Shown in pieces: positions 10,401-18,788 of a stretch of 28,014 nt of DNA. The number at the start of each line of letters is the position of its first letter. Position 1 is the stretch's first letter. Both the position numbers and the translations under genes were made by a program. The DNA is from an uncultured Fimbriimonadaceae bacterium (GTDB taxonomy: Bacteria > Armatimonadota > Fimbriimonadia > Fimbriimonadales > Fimbriimonadaceae): NCBI GenBank assembly GCA_964370995.1, contig CAYJMZ010000001.1:1-28014 (forward strand), written 5' to 3'. The notes beneath the pieces were generated by a model. That model did no database searches and was not told the DNA's origin. It saw only the letters and a list, made by a program, of their open reading frames with translations.

Positions 10401-11026
10401 CGCTGGCCGGTGCCGAACAGGATCTCGTAGACGAAGTACCGCTGCGGGTAGACCGGAGTCACGAGAGCCGTGGGGTCCACGTCGGTGGGGCCACTCGGCA
10501 GCCACACGGAGAGCGCGTAGTTGCGAGGCGTGCGCTTGGCGGGGTCGGCGGGCTCCAGGCGCCACGTGAAGGTGGACAGCGGATCGAAGATGCTCTGCGG
10601 AACCGTCGGGTCCGAGCCGGTGCTCGACGCGATGGTGCGGGCGTACAGGTACCCCGGATCGGGCGTGTAGCCCGTCGCGGTGTCCTCCAGGGGGTCGGGC
10701 GGGTTGCGGATGATCCGCGTGGGATTGAAGATGAGGTTGGCCTCTTCGTCGGGGGCCGGAGCCACCCACGATCCTACGGCATCCACCCACGGCAGGGGCG
10801 CCGTGTTGTTGCGGATCAGGGTCTCACCCCCATTCGGGTCCCCGGCGTTGGGGTGCCACCAGCGAAGGAAATCCCGGCCAGGCCCCGAGGTTGCGGCCGC
10901 ATTGTTGCGCCCAACGCGCGCATTGCTGGCCTTGAAGCTCTTGAAGTCCTGAGCGTGGGTAGCCGAGCACGCTGTGAGCGCCGCAACCACCGCGACCGTC
11001 AATGCCATCTGCCTTTTCATCATCAT
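4460..11026 (-). CDS. Giant secreted protein (2188 aa) with PQQ-like beta-propeller repeats and two golvesin/xanthan-lyase-CBM-like domains; PilY1-position adhesin candidate
   Basis: Start refined to ATG ATG ATG at 11026 (AGGA site overlapping the upstream TAG). Signal MMMKRQMALTVAVVAALTACSATHA. Blade repeats VATENGRLYCLDA, YIGSTNGRVYSID, YVPTTQGRMYALDA, YFGT..GQVIALDVDTGAVVWTF, FAANENRFVYALGAADGVLQW. CBM-like YEIYAWLP...VNQ..GAWVRIG...YADAIRF. Confidence 0.85.
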   Translation of the reverse strand: MMMKRQMALTVAVVAALTACSATHAQDFKSFKASNARVGRNNAAATSGPGRDFLRWWHPNAGDPNGGETLIRNNTAPLPWVDAVGSWVAPAPDEEANLIFNPTRIIRNPPDPLEDTATGYTPDPGYLYARTIASSTGSDPTVPQSIFDPLSTFTWRLEPADPAKRTPRNYALSVWLPSGPTDVDPTALVTPVYPQRYFVYEILFGTGQRRVEVVDTFVAGGGWVRLGNGGRATQQMFAYDGVNPILVRLYNTIPRDEFGELTDDPGSTLVYGDGAKAEPDGGYYSASPIVGLHNGAPISAIAAKNERSVGLREGGTVTITKGVVTSYVHDTGAVRWRFSPLDESEFTVQLDNTSGQVTASPAWLPEAIAPNYRGTNYHAATIVGAPGLSSPITYSPVLDDGTYEIYAWLPGNGGGETFGTQVSYEVREGAAVNTYAVNQSLSGAWVRIGNRRYTHIDATARLSVAVLNYSAGGEVGLKAYADAIRFVGAANMAINSTPVLAQARVRTVPAGAPTLTDVVVVATENGRLYCLDANGNGDGTTNVYWTYPSTPDPDDPAWTDPNQVAGIDGAGGVAEMPIGFDLSSALVQTVMVGGVPTDRLYIGSTNGRVYSIDMDGRGDMDLPQRKPGTTTRAWSYPNDYPGTQIRSALGPIQGSVAFADLPAGPTIYVPTTQGRMYALDAIGVPATRTTTVRWQYPDATAATLGAIRSTPAIEFGNIYFGTDAIDGDQDPRGQVIALDVDTGAVVWTFNGTLGVPAGDFRGSPITVPATEMAPGTMPDTVFAANENRFVYALGAADGVLQWSSDELGTGSTGALTYTPMSVFDNSGLGSRVTAPMVLVPTSDGRYSALFARTADLNRFGTKRGYEFITGSTSLESSLAVGRNWMYGVDDAGNIFGLDDDTFNAGYISPGNPPGGETVVENDVTGDVFRAAKIKLVTKDTYQRLRSNPATLTYVQATAAAREVLRTAFDWGETLYVLVYDFPYQIEQLVPPNAAVTPPVVNYSFSVEGAAIRNLAVESKLFQTATPNTADSGYAIISFSLQGGGANALPPGGAFVSHTITTTALSNPPRAQTIAVAPANARRAFAIGNPLALAMSYNPVSGVPLPNYSIGYSPDPSLFQNLMNGSRDDPSTPAREDRLLSSAGLVSHGQSATATLAVYDRSMMTLLLGPGRGLTNVRVARGDLIWRNPGLGTSVVKLLPPAIFPGFEELPLNRPNTSPDYPDVKRENVKATKDPLGAAENPIFSPVSLYPPTGVDENAPLTRTLVATPMSFEIAVPKFQPANLLLQSNSAGVNENGGYLGRVQAYVDANGNGQLEQGGRREAFRSWWLGTGVGIDEHMSVGTPTLDLGPLAMTTGYGPTAPYAGGSPFGPWATNTFNTLFQTFRVYNDGNVNMLNVRLAHASDVAPAAPGPWKIFASGNHELGWLDSQWYLWSDIDPAFALTPQVAIQKARVGDRVSTELLTNPVRRDNANLGVVAGPLFGSPAPAPPRLAVTPPLGMPAGSYSQIMRVIEDNNNNLSLGLDASGNGVEPYGDPTLNLVFKVRETRITSNFTSNTAPMVDDPSVIGSSSFLHQNAQPAALRDLNGNLVLAFASTRTSFNQLQPLEARKNDSWRLYVGSVQGATPSAGVGSSPLRDLGAFVPASATQWVSPQVGAYPSNPTPDMIFGAGLGETILASSVKYGSPSFPTSGVVSPFTGAANATVYMGFVGEAVKQTPTGRQNESRILLGPATIGSTGAVTLAKPIVMPNDPNISKGRPSVVQVGNVATVFYTMGGTGTSQIGYATYDLSNGGWAANGWWSPTTTLPIGSAFEGATSPSVTGRIYQGEAVLGLSPGDPILEMAFVGKVKGRPHSDVYFGRMRASAVGRPQASLFLSERLVERMTNTGEPGVYQTAGLEWNPRGAIAFLEAVGSALPVDIEVPGTRSYNRDTNTLSFDTKLGGKAYVDLSRGTLRFATATLPVNAELRATYTPRFLRISGANRGAGHSSPSLLFDNRLIGEFSYWARADGSPINASDPIRPGRFMFTYGRGASGEGQTARPYLRSARLGIQLPTGIHTQPNGTLTAVAVSGATGFCQFDPAKGRVYFTDADENRSVTVRYTGIDPASGAEITGLSTTAIVGIISEDDEMPLPIDQAVNETQLTSFLDPFDPAPVAERRPGLVWMFYTSTRAGGPDLFFQTIAPRFTPLASGR

Positions 11027-11034
11027 CGCAATTC

Positions 11035-14000
11035 CTATCGTCGATCCGCAAAGACCGGAAGCACGAGTCCGCGAGCGCCCTGGATGGGCGGCAGCTCGGC
11101 CTTGATGCTTGAAGAGTAGAAGCCCAAGTTCACCTTCGTGAACCCAAAGCCGCTCGTCGCGTTGGTTTCCGTTCCGTCCACATCGCCGTCGATGTGAAGT
11201 ACTTCGCCCTGGTACGCGCCGCCGCCTCGGGTCGGGCCGCCCCAGCCGTTGACGACCAGGACCTCGCCCGAGTCGAGACGCCGGGCGAACGTCGGGCGAA
11301 AATCGCGCGGATTCGCGTTGATCGGCGCTCCGAGCCACGGCTGTCCGGGAGGAGACCCGGCGCGCCGGATCACGCGGAACGCCTCGCGAGGAAGCATCCA
11401 GCGCACGATCCAGGCGTTGCCGGAGGGGTCTCGCACACCCGCCGGGCGGGGGTCTGGGCGCAGGACGACCTCGTAGACGCCGGTCGAGTCCGTGAGCATC
11501 ATGGCGATTTCCGAGCCTCCGCCGGACACCGGCACATAGCGCATGGTGACCGAGTTGAGGTTCGTCAACTTCTTGGGCTGCAGCGGGGTGGCACCCGAAA
11601 GGAAGCGCGGCAAACCCGACGGGGGCGAGTCGTTCCACAGCACGTCGGCGCCCAACCCCGGAATCAGGATCTCGTTGACCACCACGGTTCCGCTGCCGTC
11701 GAACAACACCACGCCGCCGTTGCCGGTGGACGAGGTGCGCTGGACGCGGGGATCCACGGCGGGCGCGTCGAGTCCCGTGTCCACGCGGGTCGGCATCGAA
11801 CCGCCGATCGCCGCGGCATACAGATACTTGCCCGACGCCTGGTTGAACTCGCGCGCCAAGCCGTTGTACGCGTACTCCTTGCCGGAGAGCGTAGATGGCG
11901 AGTGCCAGTAGAGCACTCCGAGCGCCGCGTCGCCGTTGGCGTCGTTCACCACGCCGCGGATGCGCCGCGTGGCGGGATCCACGTCGTAGCGATCGACCAG
12001 CTCCACCAACCGCCTGTTGCCGGAGTCCGCGATCAGGTAGTGCACCCAGTACTCGAGGGGCCGGCCGTTGCTGAGCGGCGGGGTCGTCTCATAGCTCGTG
12101 TACGTCACGACGTCGCGCGGCTGGCGGAGCTGCATGCTCTCGTTGGCCTCGAAGCCGTCCGGCTTGTACACGGGGTCCACGGAGAATCCCGAAATCGATC
12201 GCAGTTCCCTGCCCGACAGATCGAGCCGCACGATGCGGTCCGCTCCCGTGTCGACCACCAACATCTCGTTCTGCGCGGTGCGGTAAGCCTTGGTGGGTCG
12301 CACGAGACGCCGGATGTTGCCCGTGGCGTTCACTTCGAGCGCGGTGCCGGCGTTGAGGGTCGTGTCGGAGGTCCAGAGCGGGTTGCCGCTGGGGTCCACC
12401 CTCAGCAGGCGCCCTTCGTCGCAAACCAGCAGGTCTTCGCGCGTGAAGCCCCACATCCCCGCATCGCTCCACGCGAACAGCCCGCCGTCGCCGCCCACCA
12501 CGCCCTCGGCGTCGGCGGACGTGCCCAACACGGTCTGCAGCAGGCGCACCCGCCAAACCTCGAACGAGGTCACGCCGACCATCTGCGGCCAGCGGATGTC
12601 CGGGTTCGGCGCGATCGAGCCTCCAAGATTCTTGAGCATGTACAGCTGGTGCAGCCACGGCCGCCCCGAATCGGACACGAGGAACGGGTCGTTGGGGCTG
12701 ATCATGGAGTCAAAGCCCGTCACCATGCCGCGCGTCGGGAACGGCGAACCGGTCGTCACGATGCTCGGCAGCGAACTGCTTCCGGTCACGAACGCCGTTG
12801 CCCCGCTCACGAACGCCGGGCTGTGGTTGCGAAGTCCGTGCACCACGAGATACCAGTCCAGGGGGCTCCAGGAGCTGTCGCTGCGGTCCGGCTCGATCAG
12901 CAGGTCCGGCTGGCCCGATCGCCGGATGATGATCGGCTGGCTGGTGCTCAGCGCGTTCACCATCGGGCCGCGGGTCGTGGCCATGAGGTTGTCGATGCGG
13001 ATCGTGCCGGTGTCCTGCCCCGGCTGGCGCTCGTACACGTACTGGTTGGGCTGGAGCGTGCTGAACACCTCGGGCATAGCCGTGTTGGTGCTGCGCGCGA
13101 TGTCGGGCTGCACGATCGAGAAACCGTTGCCGAGGTCGCCCGTGCGGATTTCCACCGCGGCGGGCTGCGCCTTGAACGCCATGACGATCGACAACGGCAC
13201 TTGGACGAATCCCGTGCCCTTGTGCCCGCCGGCGACCACGTACACCGTGCCGTCGCGAACCACCGGACCCCCGTCGAAGTGCAGCTGCTGGATCGTGCCG
13301 CCCAGAAGCGCGCCTATTCCCGGCAGCGTGGTCACGCCGTCGCTGTCGGACAGGGTCTCCTTGTACGTCACGGGCGACGCCTGGTTCAGACGGATCGAGT
13401 GCTCCCGGTACATATCGTACCGATACACCAGCCGGAACGAACCCCGACCCTCCTCGCGCAGCGCAAAGAACGCGCCGCCGCCGATCTGTTTGCTGTGGGC
13501 GACGAAGATCGACCCATCGGGGCCCATGGCGATGCCGTGGATGATCCTCCGCGCCTTGGCGTTGTTGTCCGGCAGGTAAAGGTTGCCCCGAATGATCTGG
13601 GCGGTCACGTTCGGTTGCCCGGTGCCCCAGTCGATCGTGTAGTCCACGCGAACGACCGCCTTGACGGTCCCCAGCGGATCGATGTCGTTGGTGACCAGCC
13701 CGATTCCCGCGGCGGTCAACTCGGCGCTGAGGCGGCCCTGGAACTGGGTGATGCGCCCCGTGAATCGGAGTGCCATGTCCGCCGCGCTGTACGGATCGCC
13801 GGTGGAATTGACGAGCGTGAGTTTGACGCCCAACTGCTTGAAGTCCGCACCGGGCAGGAAGATGTCGAGACCCTGCAGCGAGGCGCGCGTCGGCAGTTCG
13901 AGCTGGTTGGCCTGAACCTCGGGTCGGTTCACCCGCTCGCCGCGAACGCCGAGCCAAAGGCTGGTGATGCCGGCGGTCGAGTTCGGGCCCACGACCGCGG

Positions 14001-15771
14001 GGTTCGGGCGCGACGGGACGTACATCACGCGGTCGAGGCCGCCCGAGTTGTCTTGGATCTCGATGTAGCCCACCGTGGGGCTCCACGACGGGTCGCCGAT
14101 AAACTGCGTGCCCGCACCGCCCACCGACCAGCTTGTGGAGCCGGTCTGGACGTTGAGCCCGACCGACGGATCGGCAATCCAAACGCGGCCCACCTTGTTG
14201 AAGCCCGTGGTTTGGGTGTCGGCGACGTACAGCAGACCCTCGTGCATCGTCGGCGCGTACGGGCCGCGGCCGGGGAGGCCAAAGTCGAAGGTCGAAGGCC
14301 CACCGGGGGGCGACAACTGGTACACCGAGGGCGCGTTGGCCTGTGCCAGCAGCCGCCCGTTTGCGTCGAGCGTGAACAGGTTGAACGCGTTGATGCGGCC
14401 CAGCGCGTCCACCACCACGACCTGGTCCTTGGGAAGACCGGCCGCTGGATTCGGGATCTGAAAGCACACCGGCGACGAGATCGGGCCGGACATCGGAGCG
14501 CTGACCCAGATCAGGTCGAGGTTCGACCCGGTCGCGTAGTCGGCAATCCCGTCGTCGGGGTTGCCATCGCCATCGAGATCGGTCGACGGGTGCGAGTCGA
14601 ACACGTAGATGCGGTCGTCGGTCACCGTGGCCACGATGCCCTTGTACACCGCGGGCGGAATGTGCGCCAGGGTCGACGGCGTGCGCGCCACCGGGGCGTC
14701 GAACCTGCGCAGCAGGGGCGCCGGGATGTCGATCGCGGTCGTTCCCGACTTGCGGCTGCCCGCATTGGCCTGGGCGTTCTCGGAGCGCAGGTGGATCATG
14801 TTCAGCACCAGCTTCGCGGCGGCGTTCGACCCGCGGTCGGCCGTCGGGTTAAGCGCCTGGTACTGGCGGTTCGAATTGTAGTTGCCGGAGCCGTCAATCA
14901 CGCGGTTGAGCGCGGTGGCGACGCCGTGGGTGGTGACGACCAGGAAGCCGTCGCCCACACGGGCCGAAGCGATCGACACGCCGAGGTTATCCGCCGCGAC
15001 CGCCTTGAATTTGAGCGAGTCGGTCTCAAGAGGCGAGAGGATCGGCTCAAGCTGCGCAATGCCAAGCGCGGCGAGCGAAGTCGTGACGAGGCCCACCGCC
15101 CCAGGTGTCGGGGGCGGAGTGGTCTCCATCGCAGCCAAACTCTGTTCGTTGACCGCGTTCGGATAGCTGAGCAAAGGGTCGAAGTAGTCCGCGTTGCGCA
15201 CCGCCCCCAGGGACGCGCCGTTGAGTTGGAACGGAATCGGAAACGGGTTGATCGCATCGAGCGCCGAGCCCGTGGTGAAGTCGAGCCACAGCACGCCGCC
15301 CTGGTCGAGGAACCGGCGTAGCTTCTCGCGCTCGATCGGGTTGAGCGACACGTTACGATAGCCGGAGAACACCAGCACGTCGTAGTCCGCCATCTCCTGG
15401 TCGCCCGCCGAGGAAAGCGGGACTTCCCAATAGGGGGCGTCGCGCTTGGTGATGCGTGCGCCCACGGCGGGAACGCCGCCGCCGACGATCGCCGCGATCA
15501 GGGCCCATCGGTTTTGGACCGCCGCGCTGACCTGCGTCGATGCCCGAGGGTTGTAGAACGACCACCCCGCCGGCTTGGCCGCGGCGTTCGCGTCGAGGTT
15601 GAACCAAACATACGGCGTGTCGTTTGCGGGCACAGTGCCGATCTTGTTGCTGTCCACGAGCAAGACGCCCGCGCGGATCGCCGTTGTGCGCTGAGCGTAC
15701 GAAACGGGCTGCGCGGCGGCCATCGCGCCCAGAAGGGCGGCGGCGGCGAGCGTCGCAAAGCATCGTAACAT
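11035..15771 (-). CDS. Giant secreted protein (1578 aa): DUF4159/GATase-like N-domain, beta-propeller region and NHL-like repeats; second PilY1-position protein
   Basis: Start refined to ATG 15771 (GTG 15774 alternative), overlapping the upstream TGA, with GGAG-AGGTG site. Signal MLRCFATLAAAALLGAMAAA|Q. Contains YDVLVFSG...EREKLRRFLDQGGVLWLD and NHL-like LVVDTGADRIVRLD and LIADSGNRRLVEL. Domain names are from recognition, not a search. Confidence 0.8.
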   Translation of the reverse strand: MLRCFATLAAAALLGAMAAAQPVSYAQRTTAIRAGVLLVDSNKIGTVPANDTPYVWFNLDANAAAKPAGWSFYNPRASTQVSAAVQNRWALIAAIVGGGVPAVGARITKRDAPYWEVPLSSAGDQEMADYDVLVFSGYRNVSLNPIEREKLRRFLDQGGVLWLDFTTGSALDAINPFPIPFQLNGASLGAVRNADYFDPLLSYPNAVNEQSLAAMETTPPPTPGAVGLVTTSLAALGIAQLEPILSPLETDSLKFKAVAADNLGVSIASARVGDGFLVVTTHGVATALNRVIDGSGNYNSNRQYQALNPTADRGSNAAAKLVLNMIHLRSENAQANAGSRKSGTTAIDIPAPLLRRFDAPVARTPSTLAHIPPAVYKGIVATVTDDRIYVFDSHPSTDLDGDGNPDDGIADYATGSNLDLIWVSAPMSGPISSPVCFQIPNPAAGLPKDQVVVVDALGRINAFNLFTLDANGRLLAQANAPSVYQLSPPGGPSTFDFGLPGRGPYAPTMHEGLLYVADTQTTGFNKVGRVWIADPSVGLNVQTGSTSWSVGGAGTQFIGDPSWSPTVGYIEIQDNSGGLDRVMYVPSRPNPAVVGPNSTAGITSLWLGVRGERVNRPEVQANQLELPTRASLQGLDIFLPGADFKQLGVKLTLVNSTGDPYSAADMALRFTGRITQFQGRLSAELTAAGIGLVTNDIDPLGTVKAVVRVDYTIDWGTGQPNVTAQIIRGNLYLPDNNAKARRIIHGIAMGPDGSIFVAHSKQIGGGAFFALREEGRGSFRLVYRYDMYREHSIRLNQASPVTYKETLSDSDGVTTLPGIGALLGGTIQQLHFDGGPVVRDGTVYVVAGGHKGTGFVQVPLSIVMAFKAQPAAVEIRTGDLGNGFSIVQPDIARSTNTAMPEVFSTLQPNQYVYERQPGQDTGTIRIDNLMATTRGPMVNALSTSQPIIIRRSGQPDLLIEPDRSDSSWSPLDWYLVVHGLRNHSPAFVSGATAFVTGSSSLPSIVTTGSPFPTRGMVTGFDSMISPNDPFLVSDSGRPWLHQLYMLKNLGGSIAPNPDIRWPQMVGVTSFEVWRVRLLQTVLGTSADAEGVVGGDGGLFAWSDAGMWGFTREDLLVCDEGRLLRVDPSGNPLWTSDTTLNAGTALEVNATGNIRRLVRPTKAYRTAQNEMLVVDTGADRIVRLDLSGRELRSISGFSVDPVYKPDGFEANESMQLRQPRDVVTYTSYETTPPLSNGRPLEYWVHYLIADSGNRRLVELVDRYDVDPATRRIRGVVNDANGDAALGVLYWHSPSTLSGKEYAYNGLAREFNQASGKYLYAAAIGGSMPTRVDTGLDAPAVDPRVQRTSSTGNGGVVLFDGSGTVVVNEILIPGLGADVLWNDSPPSGLPRFLSGATPLQPKKLTNLNSVTMRYVPVSGGGSEIAMMLTDSTGVYEVVLRPDPRPAGVRDPSGNAWIVRWMLPREAFRVIRRAGSPPGQPWLGAPINANPRDFRPTFARRLDSGEVLVVNGWGGPTRGGGAYQGEVLHIDGDVDGTETNATSGFGFTKVNLGFYSSSIKAELPPIQGARGLVLPVFADRR

Positions 15772-18700
15772 CACGGATTCACCTCTCCGAAGAAGGCCAG
15801 CGTCGGACTGACCGGAAGCCGCGGCAGCGGCGGCAGCGCGCGCCCGAGACCGTCGGTCCGCACGAGTGGGTTTGCATTGTCGAATCCACCCACACGCGCG
15901 GTGGCGAGCGTGAGGTCGTACACGACAACGAGGTTGGGCACAAAGCGGTCCGGACCCGTGTCGCGGATGTCGTACCCGTCGGGCACGTGGGACTTTGGAA
16001 TCAGCCGGCCGGTCGCCGCGAGTTTGCGCGGAATCCAGCCCCATTTGCGGAGCCATTCGGCCTGCTGGCTGATCGGGGGAGGCATGTTCTCGCTCACGGC
16101 ACCCAAAATCGTCACGCGAACGTCCGGCGCCTCGCCGAAGAACGGCATCTCGGGGAACGCGCCGGCCGAGCTCAGGCGATCGGAATCGGCCTGCGCCCGC
16201 GCCTGCGCCGCGCCGAGGCCCTGGGACAGGTAGCCCGCAATGGCGGCGTCGTAGGCGTCACGCCGATCGTTGGGGTTCGGGTTGAACGGCGGCCCGGGGA
16301 TCACGAACACCGAACCCTCCTCGGCGAACATCGAAGCCTCGATGCGCACGTCGTGGGGAATCAGGGCGGCGCGAGCGAGGTACCACGCGTTGGTGCCGCC
16401 CGGCCCGACCTGGTTCGGCCGAAACGTGAGGTCGTTGGTAGCCTGCAGCATGAGGCGATACGTGCCCTCGGGGGCGTTCGCCACGATCGTGCTCGAAGTC
16501 AGCGTCGCCGAGGCCTGCCGCACAACCGGGAAGCCGATCTGCTCGAACTTGGCGAACCGCTGCCAAGGCTCCGCGCCCAACCCGTACATCGGAATGTAGT
16601 TCGGGATGGTGTAGCCGGGGGTCACGTATCCGTTCACATACGGCGGCTGGTTCGTCGCCGCGTTCGAGGCAGACATGGGGAACAGGAACGTGGGGGTGGT
16701 CAGACTCGCGTTGACGTCGAGCGAAACAAAGCTGTACGGCGCGCCTCCGTCTTCCATCGAGTGCGCGAGAAGCAAGGTCGCGTCGATCGCGGTGCCCGTG
16801 TTGGCTCCCGGCGCGGGATCGACGAACTCCCGGTAGTCCATCGCATACGGGCGCCACAGCGCGGGGTTTGCGCTGGTCGACGGGTCGAGCAGCTCCTCCA
16901 TCCGCAGCGTGAGCGTTCCGCCGCCCAACTCCATCTTCACGGGGTTCCACGACACCGCGCCCGATTGCTCCAGCACTTCCTCGACGTCCCCGATTCCCGG
17001 CCCGAAGAACTGCGAGGTGTTGATCGCCACGTAATCTTTGGCGGCCAGCATCAGCATCGAGCGGCTAGGCTGGTTGATCCGATTGCCGGCGGCGTCCACG
17101 GGCAGGCCCTTGGTGATGCTGCCCTCCACGTAGATCGTGGCGTTGGAAACGATGGTGAGCTGGTGGTCCGTGGGGATCACGCCGCGCACGCGAAGGTTGC
17201 CCTCGAAGTACACGATGCCGTTGAAGGGCACTCCCGCCGAGAAAGTGGGGTTGGCGGAGTTGATGTTCGCCCCCGGCGTAAACGTGTTCACGATGTAGGG
17301 CACGCCGCCGACGTAGCCGAGCCGGTAGCGGATGACCGAGCTGTTGGTGTCGGAACCGTCGCGGTTGCGCCACGTGCGTCGCCGGCCCGTGGCCTTGGCG
17401 TCGCGCACGATGTAGAACCCGTCGGCGACCAGCTGCATGAACGCGCCGCGGGGCGTGTAGAACGGTCCCTTCCACGAGCCGTTGGGCGCGTTGGGATTCA
17501 GCCAGTCGTTGAAAAGCGATTCGGTCGAGCCCGCCTCGACGCGGCCGTCCTCGTCGATGCGCATCTGGCGATCGTCGAAGTTGTCCACGTACACGCCGCC
17601 GCCGTGCCCGAAGCGTCCGTCGCCGCCGTTGCCGACAAAGCGACCACTCTCGCGCGTGAGCAACACGTACCGGTTGAGCCCGGTTTCCGCGTCCACACGA
17701 AGGATCGACGGCGGGGCTTTGTACGCCACTCCCCTGGAGAATCCCTCCCCGTCGATTTCAGGCAGGCCGTCCTTGAGCACCCCGCCCTGCGTTCCAAACG
17801 CGGGGTTGCGGTTGTCGAGCGACGGGTTCGTGTTGTTGCCGAGCGACACGTTGGTGGTCTGCCACACGCCGCCGGCGACGTTCCACGCCGCGCGAACGAT
17901 GTTGAGCCGCGCCTGATCGTCCGCGCCCTTGATGTCGCCCGCGACGCTCCACGAGTCGCCCAGTGCGAAGTTGAGGTTCGCGGTCACGTCGCCGTGCACC
18001 AGCAGGGGCGCGTTGGAGTAGAGGCTGCCACCGAAGGAAATCGGCGAACGCAGGAGCATCGGGGGGTTGCCAAACGTGTACATCCGGGTCGGAGCGCCCA
18101 TCTGCACGGGCACCTGAACCGGCACGCCTTCGTACATGAGCCCCGATTCGCGGGGGAAGCCGATCTCGGCCGGCGCAGACCCCCTGTACTTGGCCGTGAA
18201 GAACCACGCGGTCTCGATGATGCCGATGGACGCGAACGCCGTCATCTTGCGCGACTCGGTGCGGTCGACGCCCAACACGGTCGTGGGGTCGTTGCCCAGC
18301 ACCCGGCCGGGCTTGCCGACGGCTTCGATCATCAGATAGGTGCGCGCGTGGCCCGGAGTGCGCAGCGCGCCCGCCGGGTTGGTCTGGAAAATGTTGGCGT
18401 CGCTGGGCGCGTACCGGATGCGAACCACCGAGCGACCGTCCTTGAAGTTGACGCGCGAGTACGGACCCAGGCCGTCGGGCCCTCCGGGTTGGATGTACTC
18501 CATGTCGGGATCGCGTGCGCTTACCGGCGCGGTGAGCTGGAGCCGATAGTCGGCGCCGAGGGGGGAGTTCAGCATCATGGAGTGGGCAAAGCGGATGCCC
18601 GCCTCGGCCAGATCGGTCGCCTGCGATCGCTGCTGGATGCGCCCGACGGTCCGGATGTTCCGGCCGATGATGCCCAAAAACACCAGTCCCAGCACCATCA

Positions 18701-18788
18701 GGATGCCCAACACAACCAACGCGATGATCAGTGTCTGGCCGGCGTTTTGCCCTCGTGTCGCTCTGCGCATGTTCCTTCTCATTTGCAT
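15771..18788 (-). CDS. Giant PilX/GspK-class minor pilin (1005 aa)
   Basis: Basic leader, then G|QTLIIALVVLGILMVLGLVFL with no Glu5 (PilX/GspK hallmark) and the ATDLAEAGI motif of PilX N-termini. Later GIVYFEGNLRVRG...LTIVSNATIYVEGSI segment suggests a beta-helix. Exact start Met is ambiguous (three Mets in the leader). Confidence 0.8.
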   Translation of the reverse strand: MQMRRNMRRATRGQNAGQTLIIALVVLGILMVLGLVFLGIIGRNIRTVGRIQQRSQATDLAEAGIRFAHSMMLNSPLGADYRLQLTAPVSARDPDMEYIQPGGPDGLGPYSRVNFKDGRSVVRIRYAPSDANIFQTNPAGALRTPGHARTYLMIEAVGKPGRVLGNDPTTVLGVDRTESRKMTAFASIGIIETAWFFTAKYRGSAPAEIGFPRESGLMYEGVPVQVPVQMGAPTRMYTFGNPPMLLRSPISFGGSLYSNAPLLVHGDVTANLNFALGDSWSVAGDIKGADDQARLNIVRAAWNVAGGVWQTTNVSLGNNTNPSLDNRNPAFGTQGGVLKDGLPEIDGEGFSRGVAYKAPPSILRVDAETGLNRYVLLTRESGRFVGNGGDGRFGHGGGVYVDNFDDRQMRIDEDGRVEAGSTESLFNDWLNPNAPNGSWKGPFYTPRGAFMQLVADGFYIVRDAKATGRRRTWRNRDGSDTNSSVIRYRLGYVGGVPYIVNTFTPGANINSANPTFSAGVPFNGIVYFEGNLRVRGVIPTDHQLTIVSNATIYVEGSITKGLPVDAAGNRINQPSRSMLMLAAKDYVAINTSQFFGPGIGDVEEVLEQSGAVSWNPVKMELGGGTLTLRMEELLDPSTSANPALWRPYAMDYREFVDPAPGANTGTAIDATLLLAHSMEDGGAPYSFVSLDVNASLTTPTFLFPMSASNAATNQPPYVNGYVTPGYTIPNYIPMYGLGAEPWQRFAKFEQIGFPVVRQASATLTSSTIVANAPEGTYRLMLQATNDLTFRPNQVGPGGTNAWYLARAALIPHDVRIEASMFAEEGSVFVIPGPPFNPNPNDRRDAYDAAIAGYLSQGLGAAQARAQADSDRLSSAGAFPEMPFFGEAPDVRVTILGAVSENMPPPISQQAEWLRKWGWIPRKLAATGRLIPKSHVPDGYDIRDTGPDRFVPNLVVVYDLTLATARVGGFDNANPLVRTDGLGRALPPLPRLPVSPTLAFFGEVNP

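Noticed and set aside
11027-11638. Upstream in-frame extensions in the ORF track (to 11638, 16056, 21007, 22869, 1427), and a possible frameshift fusion of the two giant proteins
   Set aside because: The extensions overlap neighbouring genes and read as noise. Each gene has its own ribosome-binding site and signal peptide at the downstream start.
11194-15321. Very long plus-strand ORFs (1375 aa here; also 15624-18866, 8825-11119, 18857-21118, 21007-22914, 4283-5983, 6089-7591)
   Set aside because: Antisense shadows of the minus-strand genes. In high-GC DNA the codons TTA, CTA and TCA are rare, so the opposite strand stays open. Translations are Arg/Val/Gly-rich with no motifs.
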